NCBI GenBank assembly: GCA_951406725.2
Contig: OX597822.1
Coordinates: forward strand, 38,564,001 to 38,628,000
Length of the DNA stretch: 64,000 nt
Direction of reading: 5' to 3'
Origin: Octopus vulgaris
Taxonomy: Eukaryota
Both the position numbers and the translations under genes were made by a program. Below are positions 11,800 to 24,500 of this stretch, piece by piece (position 1 is the first letter of the stretch; every line of letters begins with the position of its first letter). Below the pieces are notes generated by a model. That model saw only the letters and a program-made list of their open reading frames with translations. It was not told where the DNA came from and ran no database searches.

Positions 11800-12010
11800 G
11801 GTTGCTGTTTAGCTCCAAGTCAACCATGATCAAGCAGATCCATGTTCAAAGCCATTCCAGCTGTGACCATCCAGAATTCTTCTTATGTATAAGATACTCA
11901 GGACCAACGATATTCAACAAATCCTTTTCTAAGACAGCTGGATGGAATGGGATATAGATTTTCGCTGCTATTTCTAGTACATTGAACACCCACATAGAGG
12001 TTCCATCATT
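11800..12010 (+). repeat. Old dispersed repeat; other copies near 17685-17850, 41955-42140, 50680-50770, 61290-61485 (+) and 53780-53935 (-)
   Basis: Recurring motifs TTTAGCYCCAGGTCA...GATCAAGCAGA...CAAAG.CATTCCAGCTGTGACCATCC and GCTGCTATTTCTAG in the same order in each copy. Confidence 0.6.
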
Positions 12011-13809
12011 GATCCATCTAGGGATGTAGTGGTAGTAGTGGTAGTGGAGTAGTAGTAGTAGTAGTTATTGCTGTAGCAGAACCTTACATGCTGTGTCAAT
12101 GATTATAGCAGGTCGGATCTATTGATTATATAAAGATGGTAATGGTATTTGTGGCTATGGGAGTGATGATGATGATAGCAATAATTATGGTGATGGAGGG
12201 GTTGATGGTGATGGTAGTAATGATGATGGTGTCCATGGTGGTGATGATGATGATAATAGTGGTGATGGTGATGATGTTGATGATGGTAAAACATACACAT
12301 CCAAGGACAAACAGACAGCCAAGTGTAACGATAATTGGGGTACCCTGATTAAATAATAATAAACTGGTGCTGGCAGGTTGAACTCAGTGGGGAGATGGGT
12401 AGGGTTAGTGATAATGGGAGATACAGAATGAGGAAGAAGGAAATTGAGAAATAAAAGAAAGGAAAGTTGGGAAGTGAAGAAGAGAAGGACAAGAAAAATG
12501 ATGAAAATATTGATGATATAAGAAGGAGAAATAACCAGCAATAAGGGAAGCAGTGAGGGAGAGAGAAACAGCTCCGCATTAGGATAGAAAGTTCATTGAG
12601 TTTTACACCAACCAGCTAGTTAGATATGATAAACCAATTATAATCATCAGTACTGAGTTGAAATGGGTGCAGTTGTAGCTATGTGGTTAGGAACATCACT
12701 CGGCAACCATGTGGTTTTAAGGTTTAATTTCACTGTGGTTATCTTAGGCAAGTGTTTCCTCTACAACTTTTGGGGTCGACTAAAAGTCCAGTCAACGTAA
12801 TCTGTCTGGAAAGAAGCTCATTGTCAGATGGACTGTTTTTGTTCTTGGATTGTAGACTTAATTTGTTGCAGAGTTATTAAAGCATCAGAAAGAATTCCTC
12901 ACAGTATCTGTTATGAGTCTCTGTGATCCGAGTTCAAATTCCACTAAGGTCAGATTTGCTCTTCATCCTTTCAGAGTCAATAACCCCCCCCACACACACA
13001 CACACGCACCAATCCAGAGCAGTGGATTAATGGCTTAGAGCAAGATGACTTGCAGTATCTGTTAGGATTCTTTGTCATCTGAGTTGAAATCCAACTGAAG
13101 TCAGGTTTGCCAATCAGAGTACCAATTCAGGGTAGTGTATCTGAATAACTCTAAGAACATCAGACTAGATACCTTGTGGTAATTGTTCCAGCTTCTTGTG
13201 TTGTTCTGAGTTCAAACCTCACTGTGGCCTACTCAGGTGGTTGACTTAATCCATTACTCAGTTAGCAGCAGCAGCTGCCACCACTTTCACTGCTACTGTT
13301 GCCACCACCACCACAACCACAGCTGCCATCACCACTTTTGTGGTCATACGAGTGGATATTTTTGAGGTTTCTCTTTATGAAAGCAATGAAAGTTTTAGTG
13401 TGAGGTCCTAGGCAACATGTGGAGAAGGTTTGTGTGCAAAAGTTTTTGAAGAATGAAGGGCAGTATCACCAAAATGAGAACATGGTTAGAATTAAGCAGG
13501 TTGTAGGGAAACAATAGTGGTGCTGATAACCAATCCTTGAGGATAAACCAAAGTGGATCAAATGAGAGAGACAGAAAGAGAGAGAAGGAGGGAAAGAAAG
13601 AGAGAGAGACAGAAAGAGAGAGTGTTGTGAGTGCTTGCGAGGGTGCAAACTGAGAGGAAAATTTTGATTAAAGATTTGAGAGATGGAGGAAGCATATAAA
13701 TGGACAATTTTTCGGAGAGATTCTCCCGCCAGCGACAGTTAAATGGTCTTCTCATGTCTGTTTGTTACTAACAACAATATTACTCTCTTTAAAATTATCA
13801 AGAACAATA

Positions 13810-14190
13810 GGCACAGGTATGGCCTTGTGGCAAATTTAATGAAATAAAGAAGTTTGCTTCCCAACTAGATGGCTCTGGGTTCAGTCCCACTGTGTGGCAC
13901 CTTGAACAATAGCCTTGGGCCGACCAAAGTCTTGTGAGTGAATTTGGTAGATGGAAACTGAAGGAAACCTGTTGTGTGTATATGTGTATGTGTGTCTATG
14001 TTTGGCTCCCAACACTACTTGAGAACTGGTGTTGGTGTGTTTACATCCCTGTAACTTAGCAGTTTGGCAAACAGACTGATAGAATAAGTACCAGGCTTTT
14101 AAAAGAAAGTACTGGGTTGATTCGTTTAACTAAAAATTCAAGACGATGCTCCAGTATGGCCACAGTCTAATGACTGAAACAAGATAAAAA
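13810..14190 (+). mobile_element. SINE family B (tRNA-like head, internal (TG)n)
   Basis: GGGTTCAGTCCCACTGTGTGGCACCTTG...GACCAAAGTCTTGTGAGTGAATTTGGTAGATGGAAACTGAAG...(TG)n...CCAGTATGGCCACAGTCTAATGACTGAAACAAG. Confidence 0.85.
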
Positions 14191-14533
14191 GAATAGATCA
14201 TTGGTTTGTGAAGAAGATCTGACTCTATAGAAACCATAGTGGTAGTGGTTACTGGGAAAGAGAAGAAAGTGAAGATAATGAAGTGGGTGATTGTTTGGGA
14301 TTGTTGCTATCACATTTGAAACATGGAAAATAAGGGCAGTAGAGATATAGTTGGTGGAGGAGGTATGAAATGGCAATGGGACACACTGCTGTATGTTCCT
14401 ATAATTTTAGGGAGATCCCTACAGAGAGAAGTTTGATGAGTTTTTAGTAGATGAGACAAAACACAATGCACACAACTAATAGGGGTTACTAATATTAAGG
14501 GCAATTAAGGACAAGCCTCCATTTCTCCTTAGA

Positions 14534-14708
14534 GAAAAAGAATACCTTAGGAAGGAGAACCCAGGTTTGAAATTTCCCCAAGACACCTGATGAAGGCTGG
14601 AGGGTATATCAGCTGAAACATTGTGTTAACAACAAACAAGATGAGGACAAATATCCATCAAATGTAAATAATGTATATAATTCCTCATCTCTTAAATATA
14701 GAACTGTA
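14534..14708 (+). mobile_element. 5'-truncated copy of the tRNA-head/hammerhead repeat (Penelope-like tail)
   Basis: Near-identical to 63775-63902 and to the reverse complement of 60863-60995; contains GACAC-CTGATGA-AGGCTG-loop-CAGCT-GAAA-CATT-GTGTT. Confidence 0.8.
14582..14627 (+). ncRNA. Minimal type I hammerhead ribozyme-like motif (CpG-decayed)
   Basis: CUGAUGA at 14587-14593, stem II GGCUG/CAGCU, GAAA at 14615-14618, stem I GACAC/GUGUU; helix III reduced to the decayed palindrome AACATT (consensus AACGTT). Confidence 0.6.
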
Positions 14709-14890
14709 TTGTATATTCTTGTTATGGGTATAATGCTATCATAAAGGAGCAATATGAGATTTCTTGGGCATTCAAAAGATTTCATTCTTTTAAGATGTCA
14801 ACAGCAGCAAGATCCCCATACAGTAAAAAAAAAAAAATTTTTTAAATGCTGAAACAAAAAAAAAACCTCCAAATCTTTAAAGTCATTTAC

Positions 14891-15002
14891 CTTCATTGTT
14901 GAGAAAAGATAATCTGAAACTTTCCATTGCCATCTTTGGTGTCACCACTGTTTTATTTCTACGTCGAACTGTTCCTGTATTACTGCCATCAGAATCGAGA
15001 GC
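14891..15002 (-). CDS. Candidate internal coding exon (112 bp) of an unidentified gene: ALDSDGSNTGTVRRRNKTVVTPKMAMESFRLSFLNNE(G)
   Basis: Acceptor TGTGTCTCTGTATCTTTGCAG|GCT with a polypyrimidine tract; donor AATGAAG|GTAAAT; open frame, non-repetitive and retains CpGs. Protein not recognised. Confidence 0.6.
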
Positions 15003-16642
15003 CTGCAAAGATACAGAGACACAATATGAAATATTTCTCAAAGTAAATATTGTTTTTATGAAAAACCCATACACACAACAGTTCGTTGTTATTTTATTTC
15101 CTGGCCTAATGTTGTTATACTTTTGACCCTTTTATCAGATTCACCAACCAAGAGGCAGAAACGGTGTCTTGTGCTTAGATCACAAGTTGAGCTGTGATTA
15201 ACTTATGACCAGCTAATAAACAATCCTTAATCAAATCAAGTGATGCTGCAGCCCCTCCTTACATAAGTATCTTATTGGTATACACACACACATACATATA
15301 TATACATATACATATATATATACACACACACATATATATACACATATATATGTGTGTGTGTGTGTGTATGTGTGCGCATATGTGTATATAAAAGTATTTT
15401 ACGCATATATATTTATATTGTTTTGTGGAGATTTAGAAATACTGAACAATTAAAACACACACACACTCACACATGAAAAAAAACCCCCAAACAAAATGAA
15501 ATAACAGATTCTATAATTGTCATTAAGTTTCAGCCAGGAATTTAAATCAAAATAATTAGTTAATTTTGATTTCCAAGACAGCAGCTTTATTATTTGCTAA
15601 TATTGAATATTTATGATCAATACCAATATATTTTAGCAATCACTTTGAAGACTTTTATAGCTTTGATAACAGGAAAGAAATATATTTCATTATAAGTAAC
15701 TTGGATACTGATGGTTTTTTTATGCTGAATAATGGCTCAAAGTAAATAGAAAAGCAGTAATTCTGTCGATAATATGGCATTACCAAAGGTGATAATAAAA
15801 TGAATAACATAATTATAATATGTTTACAAATGTGGTTTTATAACGTCTCTTGACTTGAAAATGTAAATAATCGAGAAATGGAAAAATAAATCCAATTTCA
15901 ACTCACTGTGAAACAATATATGACGATGAGTAAGGAAAATGAAACTGATATGAGATATAACATATTACATTATAATGTAACACACACTCTCTCTCTCTCT
16001 CTCTTAAATAAACAAAATGTTATTTTCTATTTCATAGAGAATAATTATATAATTATTATCATTCTACATTATTATTATTATTAACTATTAATATTTATTC
16101 TTATTCTGTATACACACATTAATTATTAATATCTATTATTATTCTGTATATATACAGACACATTACAATAGCTGCTATTTCCAGCAGATTGAGAGGTTCC
16201 TCTGCTGGTGTGTTCAATTCAATTTTTAACCCAGATGATGATGACATCCTTCAGATGACAAACGAAATCCCCCCCTCTCTCTATATATATATATATATAC
16301 ACGCGCACACACCAACTCACGCTTATGTGTGTGCATTGCCCCAAGGATCACATGCAAGGAGAAAACTAAGGAGTAACAAAGTGACTCATCATTTTCAAAT
16401 GAATAAATAAACACTACTACATGTATTGAGTACTTTCACACACACACAAACACAAAAGTTTGTATGCCATGGAGAGATGTGAATGCTGACAACATTCCAA
16501 GCAAGGCCCGTGTCTCCCTCATTCACCAATAAATCCCCTGATGACAGGCAGACAATCCCAGACAAATACTAGAATTATTTTGGGATTTTAACATTAACGA
16601 TACAATTAGTTTTAATTATCACACAGTTTGTTTGAAATGAGG

Positions 16643-17022
16643 GACTGTGTGGTTAAGAAGATTGCTTCCAACCATGTGATTTTGGGTTCAGTTCCACTAC
16701 ACAGCACCTTGAGCAAGTGTCTTCTATTATCGCCTAGGTGAACCAATGACTTTTGAATGAATTTGGTAAATGGAAACTACGTGGAATCCCAGTGTATATA
16801 AAAATATATATATGTATATATATGTGCATGTGTCATTGTATCCCTTCCCCCACCACTTGACAACCAGTGTTTGTTTGTTTACATCCCCATAACTGTTTCA
16901 AGCAAATGAGACCAATAGAATAAGTATCATATTTAAAGAATAAGTACTAGACTCAATTTGTTCAACTCTCCTAGGTGGTGCCTCAGTATGGCCACAATCT
17001 AAAGACAGAAACAAGTAAAAGT
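16643..17022 (+). mobile_element. SINE family B
   Basis: GACTGTGTGGTTAAGAAG...GGGTTCAGTTCCACT...CCTTGAGCAAGTGTCTTCTA...CAGTATGGCCACAATC...AAACAAGTAAAAG. Confidence 0.8.
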
Positions 17023-17109
17023 TAGGAAGGTCAAGATGTTTTTAATATTCTTGATTTTTAAGGAAGAAATGTTTCTTCCTTCCTTCTTACATTTTAATTC
17101 CATTTGTAA

Positions 17110-17315
17110 AGCAGTGAGCTGGCAGAATTGTTAGCAGACCAGACAAAATGCTTAGCATTTCGTCCATCTTTAGATTCTGAGTTCAAATTCTGCTGGGGTT
17201 GACTTTACCTTTCATCGTTTTGGGGGTCGATAAAATATGTCCAAGTAGAGCTCTGGGATCAATGTAATCAATTAGCCCCTCACACTAAATTTCAGGCTTT
17301 GTGCCTCTAGTAGGA
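17110..17315 (+). mobile_element. SINE family A
   Basis: GCAGTGAGCTGGCAGAATTGTTAGC...GAGTTCAAATTC...TTTCATCGTTTTGGGGGTCGATAAAAT. Confidence 0.8.
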
Positions 17316-18237
17316 TTGGATTGTCCATACTCATCCACTGCAGGACAAAGGCCTCAATATGTTCTCTCCACCAGCCACAGTCTGATGTGTAGGCCATGAA
17401 TTTGAGCTTGAGGTCATAGTGATTTTGATGAGCCTACTCTGCTACACTGATTTGAAATGGATCAGCAGAGGGTTGTAGTTTTTATATTCTTACCCAGGAG
17501 TAATTAAGTCAAATACATCACCCCTATGCTCATATGGTACTTACTCTATCAACCTTGAAAGCATGCAAGGCAATGTTGACCTCAGAAAGTCAAGACAAGA
17601 TGGACAAAATACCATTAAGCATTTCACCCATTGTGCTAATGATTTTGCCAGCTCACTGCCTTTGTAGAAAGGATTTTAATTCCAGTTGTTCAGCTTCATG
17701 TCAGCTCAGATCAAGTAGAGCCAAGATCAAAGGCTTTCCACCTGTGACCTCCCACCTACCTTTTCTCCTTCATATCATCACATCTATTTACCTTTTTAAG
17801 GAAGCTATGTGTAATTAAAGAGAAATTTAGCTGCAATTTCAAGCAAGTCTAGAGTCTCCTATGCTGGCTTGTTTGATTCAGTTTTTAAGCCAGACATTAT
17901 CAATAATTTTAAAATGATTCAAATTCTACTTTACAACATATTTTACAATATGTTTTTATTCCCTGACATTAAAACGACCAAAAACTTGCAAACAAATTCT
18001 GTATTGATATTTTACATCAAAGTAAAAATTTTTAAACATTATATTACCATCACCTATTTCCTGGCCGTTTCTAATTTCTTTGTTTTTAAATAAAGTGGAA
18101 CAAAACAATGCCAAAATACAATATATTTATCTGAACAACACAGCAGTTATATAAACATAATTCGTTTTAAATAAATTTGAACAAAACTACAGTTATATAG
18201 AATATATTTTATACAACTATAAATACAGCAATATAAA

Positions 18238-18425
18238 AGGCAGTGAGCTGGCAGAAATGTTAGCACATCAGGAAAAATGCTTAGTCGTATTTCGTCTGTC
18301 TTTACATTCTGAGTTCAAATTTCGCCAAGGTTGATAAATTAAGTACCAGTTGCATACTGGGGTCGATCTAATCGACTGGCCCCCTCCCCAAAAATTTTGG
18401 GCATTATGCCTAGAGTAGAAAAAAT
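18238..18425 (+). mobile_element. SINE family A with internal core deletion
   Basis: Head and tail are intact; GCCAAGGTTGA joins directly to TAAATTAAGTACCAG. Confidence 0.8.
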
Positions 18426-18780
18426 ATAAAATATATTTTATACAGCTACAAATATAGCAGTGTGAAGATGTGTGGCTTAGGGGTTGGGGTATTCAGGCCA
18501 CAATTGTAAGGTCATGTGTTCGATTCCAGGTGATACTTTGTTACATGTTGCCACACGTAACAATAATATAACATATAACAATACCACAATAATGGTATTC
18601 TACGTGGAATTTTGAATTTGCAACCCAGCTGACCCTCTAACAATTCTGTCACTCCACCTTCCTGGACTGATATTTTAATTATCATCAAAGGAAAGATGAA
18701 AGGAAAAACTGCATTCAACAGAGAACTGAATCAAACACCCAAATGGTTCTAATGGCTCCACTGATTTACCATATTAAAAG

Positions 18781-18988
18781 CCAGACACAAGTATAACACT
18801 CTAGACACATGTAGAACACTCCAAACACAGGTACAGCACTCCAAGCACATGGAGAACATTTCACAAACACATAGAAGACTCCAGAAACAAGTAGGAGACT
18901 CGAGACATGTACAACACTCCAGACACAGATACAACACTCCAGATACATGTATGACACTTCAGACACAGATACATGTACAACACCCCAA
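18781..18988. repeat. 20-bp minisatellite, ~10 degenerate units (CCAGACACATGTACAACACT)
   Basis: Units recur in 20-bp register at 18781, 18801, 18821, 18841 and onward. Confidence 0.85.
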
Positions 18989-19165
18989 AGAGAAATAGCT
19001 GCAAAATCCCTGACACCAAACACTGTACTGCTGGTGGGTACACATAGAAACAGCAACTGTTTCACTTGCCTCTGATGTAATCATGAGAACCTGAAACCAC
19101 AGAGAAATAGACTGGACAGAAGAGATAATGTTATATGCCCAGACTATCACCACTGTACCCTATGT

Positions 19166-19434
19166 CAGTGCTTCTCAAACTATCTGCAGTGGCGTACTGG
19201 TAGTTTTTTTTTTTTTTCCATTGTGCCAGGGACCGGTAATATTTCTTAGCAATATCAATTTATACCGGAAACAAAATATATGATGAATATAATAAAAGTT
19301 GACAAATTTTTAATCTTATATTTATTTTGTAAACAAATAATACAAAATTACATAAGAATTTTATAATGTTTCTTTCTTTTCTGGAAACTCACAGACTGGC
19401 ACTGGTCCTTGGAGCTCCACTTTGAGTAGCACTG
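19166..19434. mobile_element. hAT/Charlie-like MITE
   Basis: TIR CAGTGCTTCTCAAA ... TTTGAGTAGCACTG; imperfect 8-bp flanks CCCTATGT/CCCTACAC. Confidence 0.75.
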
Positions 19435-19847
19435 CCCTACACCATTGATCACAGAACGGCTTCAAGTACAGTATGGTTGTCAGTTACATGAAAACATGAT
19501 ATATCTGGAAAAATTGCTATATGGGTCATAGTGCACCTAGTTGTTCAGGTTGGTTAGTGTGTGGTGTGTCATAGGTGTGGTGAATCAGAGCTGACCTGGT
19601 GCCCCACAAAACATGTCAGTCAGTTCAATACAGAGATTTCAGCTGTGTAAACAGTTATTTCTTGCTTAGGGTCAGGGACTTTTTTCTTTTTTTTTTTTTA
19701 ATAAGGAAACCAGGAACGAATGGTTCACTGAATCAGTTCCAGTATATTGCTAGTACTCCTTTTAGTGGCACATGCACGCATGCACACACAGAGGCAGCAT
19801 GACATGATGATGCAGACAGAAATGGATTCAGAGGTAGAGAGGCAAGT

Positions 19848-19916
<69 letters not shown>

Positions 19917-20053
19917 GTAGGTAGGTAATAGAAGAGACAAACAGATAGACAAGAAGGCAGAGAGATTGATCAAACATAGACAGATAAATAGTCAGATTGA
20001 GAGACAGACTGGTAGATAGATAGCTAACTAGCTAGCTAGAGAGATAGATAGCC

Positions 20054-20089
<36 letters not shown>

Positions 20090-20245
20090 GCAGATGGTCG
20101 GATAGAGTGATAAACAGATGGACAGACAGAGAGAAAGACAGGTATTCAGACAAGGGTAGACAAACAGGTAGCCAGGCGCTGAGAGAGAGAGAGAGAGACA
20201 GAGAGGTATAGATCAAAAGAAAGAAAGAAAGATAGATAGATTGAT
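19848..20245. repeat. (GATA)n/(GACA)n/(GA)n microsatellite field
   Basis: Directly visible. Confidence 0.95.
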
Positions 20246-20263
20246 GGATAACATTAAAAACAA

Positions 20264-20615
20264 TATTCTTTTCTACTCTAGGCACAAGGCAGGAAATTTT
20301 TGGCGAGGGGCCAGTTGATTAGATCGACCCAGTACGCAACTGGTACTTAATTTATCAACCCCGAAAGGATGAAAGGCAAAGTCGACCATGGCAGAATTTG
20401 AACTCAGAATGTAAAGACAGATGAAATAACATATTTCTTTACTACCCACAAGGGACTAAACGCAGAGAGGACAAACAAGGACAGACAAACAAATTAAATT
20501 GATTATATCAACCCCAGAGCGTAACTGGTACTTATTTAATCGACCCCGAAAGGACGGAAGGCAAATTCGACCTCTTTGCCCGTTGTGCTAACATGTCTGC
20601 CAGCTCGCTGCCTTG
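20264..20615 (-). mobile_element. Nested or dimeric SINE family A
   Basis: A short-tail copy (20264-20430 plus head 20575-20615) encloses a long-tail copy (20431-20574); two cores are present. Confidence 0.75.
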
Positions 20616-22194
20616 CATTAAAAACAATATTACAACTCAATACACATGTTCCTTTCCTTAAAAAAAACTTTCTGAGGAAGGGATAACAACAATATCAAAA
20701 CTAAAATGATTCATTAATAAATGTTTCATTAATTAAGTTGATTTGAAGAAATGATTATAGAATTAACTCCTCTTTTGAAGTTTTTGGTAGTTTTATGTAT
20801 AGGGAGTATGTGTGTGTGTGTGTGGAAGCTAGACAGAATGAAAATGAGAAAGACGGAATGGAAACACAGAAAAGTAAGAGGTGGGACTTTGAAACAAGGG
20901 AACTTCGGTACTGTGCGAGGAGAGAAGACATTCTATAACCACCACTACAACCACTTATAACAACAACAACAGCTGCCGCCGCCACCACCACAGCAAAGTT
21001 AAGGACCAAGACAGAAATTGAGTCTCCTCCCCCCACCTTCCCACCATAATTCAGTGCTTTTAGTTGTTAATGTCAAAGGTGAACAGTTATGATGGAAAAA
21101 TAGGTCAGGTGCGATGAACATTATTATTATATAGGTCACATATCTAATGTTACTGTAACTCTATGGCTGAAGGTGGTGGTGGTGGAAAGGGAAAGGACTG
21201 ATACAGCATGTCAGTGGTGGTGGTGGTGGTAGGGGAGGGTAAGCTCAGTAGAGCAGGGTGGCAATGGAGAGACAGAATTGATGATAGATCTGGGGTGGCC
21301 AGTGCATACCTGCTTGTGCACATATCTTTGTGTACACATGTGCAATTTTGTAGTATTTAGTAGATGAAATATAAACAACTCTGATCAGTCAGGTCTCTGG
21401 GTCAATACCACCACCACTAGCGTAGCTGGGATGGTGGGTGGGGCATAGAAGCAGTCCAGCCCGGGGTGGCACTTTTCATATTGCTGTAGGCAATATAGGA
21501 TTTTTATGGGGTCTGGAGGTGGCAAACGGAAGGGCTACTCTGGGCGGCACACACACTAGCTATGCTAGTACACTTCATGCTTCTTGGAGGGCTGAGGCAG
21601 AATTGTTAGAACACCGGAAAAAAAGATGCTTTAAGGTAGTACTCCAGCATGGCCACAGTCAAATGACTGAAACAAGTAAAAGAGTAAACGAGAGTGGTAC
21701 TTGTTCTGATTCTTTACATTCTGTGTTCAAATCCTGCTGATGTCAATTTGGCCAGAGAGAGACAGGCTCTAATTACGTGGAGGTTGTTAAAAACAGGGTA
21801 TTAATTAAAACTGAAGAAGTTATGAACAACTTCAACATAAACCACCATAAGGATAAGGGCCTCTTTTAGGCCACACTGCCCTCAAAATTGCTCATGTGCG
21901 GTTTATTATGAGAAATCACATAGAGTGTACTGAATCAGAAAGGAGATTGTAGAGGGTATGAAATACAGTTGTGGGGGTACCTGATCAGACCCAGGTGCAG
22001 GTTCTCCATCCCTGTAGAGGTAGGTTATTAAATTTGTGCTTCAAATTCCGCTGAGGTCGACACACCTTTCATGCTTTCAGGGTTGATAAAATAAGTACTT
22101 GTTGAGCACTGGGGCTGAAGTAATCGACTTACTTCCTCTCCCAAAATTGCTGGTCTTGGGCCAAAATTTGAAACCACATATATATTTTTTTTTT

Positions 22195-22530
22195 ATTTCT
22201 TTCAGTCATTTGACTGTGACCATGCTAGAGCACTGCCTTTAGTAAAAGAAATCAACCTCAGGACTTATTCTTTGTAAGCCTAGTACTTCTTCTATTGGTC
22301 TCTTTTTGCCAAACTGCTAAGTTACAGGGACAGAAACACACCAACATTGGTTGTCAAGCGATGGTGGGGGGGACAAACACAGACACACAAACATATATAT
22401 GATGAGCTACTTTCAGTTTCCGTCTACTAAATTCACTCACAAGGCTTGGTCTGACCAAGGTGCCACACAGTGGGACTGAACTCGGAACCATGTAGTTAAG
22501 CAGTAAGCTTCTTACCACACAGCCACGCCT
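22195..22530 (-). mobile_element. SINE family B
   Basis: Reverse complement starts GGCGTGGCTGTGTGGTAAGAAGCTT...GAGTTCAGTCCCACTGTGTGGCACCTTGG. Confidence 0.85.
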
Positions 22531-23054
22531 ATTTTATATGATTGTTACATTTCTGTTTTTAATTTATATCAACTTTTTAATCATGTTCATTTCAACCACT
22601 CCCTTTGTTTTCAATGTAACTTTGTGGTGGCCACCATACTGAGACACAGTTATAAATTGTATGATAGCTACTACCCTCAGTCCCACCCAATAAATATATT
22701 GGTGGTAGTAGTGTGTACTGTAACAGTTACACACTGTATGATGTCATCTACCTGCTCCGCCCACCACCACATACACACAATGGGACGGGGGGGGGATCCT
22801 TTGTGTTAGGTGGAAGTGACACAATGTATAACCTTGACCTTTCACACAGACAAAAACTGTCCTAGTCCTTGTTATCAATGTTTTCAGTTGTTACCACAGA
22901 CACACACACAAAACAGTAAATCCCCAAATAGCAGCAGTGAATTACTGAAACATAACATACATTTAAGGTGGAGGGAAGAAAGAAAGAAAGAAAAAAAGAA
23001 AGAAAGGAAGAAAAAGACAGACAGATAGATAGCTTGATAGATGTAGATAGGTAG

Positions 23055-23085
<31 letters not shown>

Positions 23086-23604
23086 GGTTGACAGGGAAAG
23101 AGACACACACACACATCTTTGAAATGACACCAAACAACATCCAGTGGTGAAGCTCCAGTTCAGGAGATTTGGAGTTGTGAGGAACATGGAGTGGCCCCTT
23201 AATTATCATTACTCCCAGGTCTGATCTGATCTGGAACGGTAATACCTCTCAGAGTCCCATCAATGGCTTAAATAGATTTTTGTAAGGGTAGATTGAGCTC
23301 CTTAGCGGTAGTGAAAGTAATCAATTAAGGTGAAGGAAAAATCCAAAATCAATACCCTCTTCAAAACATGGTCTAAGCCAGCGTAGAGGAGTATGGCTGA
23401 TGAAACTAACATGAAGTATGTCCAATATCAGAGATTCCTACTATGGGGGCAGCTGTCCCATGTTGGTGTGCATTCAGTCACAGGTGGAGATAGTAAGAAA
23501 TGAATGCATGTGTGTGTGTGTGTGTGTGAGTCTGTGTGTGTGTTATTTAGGCACACAAATTCAATGAGTTGTATGGTTGATCAGGCAGCTGTTTGATTTC
23601 TCAC

Positions 23605-23980
23605 CGGCCCCAGTGTTCAACTGGTGATCATTTCACTGACTCCAAAAGGATGAAAGATAGTTGACCTTGGTGGAATTTGAACTCAGAATGCAAAGACAAA
23701 TGAAATGCCACTAAGAACTTTGTCTGGCTTGCTAACAACTTTCTTAGCCTGCCACTTTAATAGCAATAATAATAATGATGATGATGATGATATTTTGGCA
23801 TGAGGTCAGCAATTTTAGGGAACAGGTTTAAGCCGATTATACCAACCCCAATATTTGATTGGTATTTTAATTTTATTGATCTTGAAAGATTGAAAGGCAT
23901 AGCTGACCTTGGTGGTATTTGAACTCAGAATGTAAAGCCACTTAGTATTTTGTCCAATGTGTTCATGATTCTGCCAGCAA
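23605..23980 (-). mobile_element. Two adjacent diverged SINE family A copies
   Basis: GACCTTGGTGGWATTTGAACTCAGAATG occurs twice (~23663 and ~23904). Confidence 0.7.
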
Positions 23981-24009
23981 ACAGCTTATTGGGGTTTCAC
24001 TGCATTTCT

Positions 24010-24500
24010 ACATTACTGATGCTTCGCATGCCATCCAGATTGAATTAAGAATATTTTGAAGGATAGAACTGACATCTTTGGAATCATAAAATAGAAGCCA
24101 GTTTAGGGGCTTAAGAGTTCCAGACAGCTTTGTTCCAATCCAAGCAGGAATTTTGGAGGTGCTGGTGGCAATTTTATCTTCTTTTTTTTTCTCACCTAAG
24201 AGACAAATTAGAAATGATCATAGTCTGATCGGAGTTGCCTAAATGTTCCCTGATAGTGACACTGATAATACTTGTAGGAACAGTGGTGAATAGCAGATGC
24301 CAATTGTTATTCCCTCTTGTAGAAGTGGTGAGTACTTAGGACCGGTTTGAACCCAGCACTAAGTCAAGGAAATCATTTGCACTTTGTGACCAGTGAAAGG
24401 TTTCCCAATCAATTTCTGGGTAAGTGAAGGTACCAGTGATGAGAAGGTAGGTGGCTATTTTCCTAGACACAGCTCTAGGAATGTCAATAGCTGTGTGTCT
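24010..24500 (-). mobile_element. CR1/L2-group LINE fragment, AP-endonuclease C-terminal region
   Basis: Minus translation YLLITGTFTYPEIDW...SANDFLDLVLGS...VLTTSTRGNNNWHLLFTTVPTSIISVTIREHLGNSDQTMI matches the GDFN.P.IDW...PTR....LDL...LG.SDH motifs. Confidence 0.8.

Noticed and set aside
11710-11800. Strong plus-strand acceptor-like sequence (CACTAAT...poly-T...CAG)
   Set aside because: No convincing donor or recognisable peptide; runs into an old repeat; opposite strand to the better exon.
12103-12348. Poly-His, poly-Asp and poly-Met ORFs (also 2392-2639, 53933-54401, 55359-55616)
   Set aside because: (GAT)/(GGT) trinucleotide repeats with no splice or coding context.
21415-21570. ACTAGCGTAGCT/AGCTATGCTAGT inverted ends, possible hAT MITE
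   Set aside because: No target-site duplication and only one copy.
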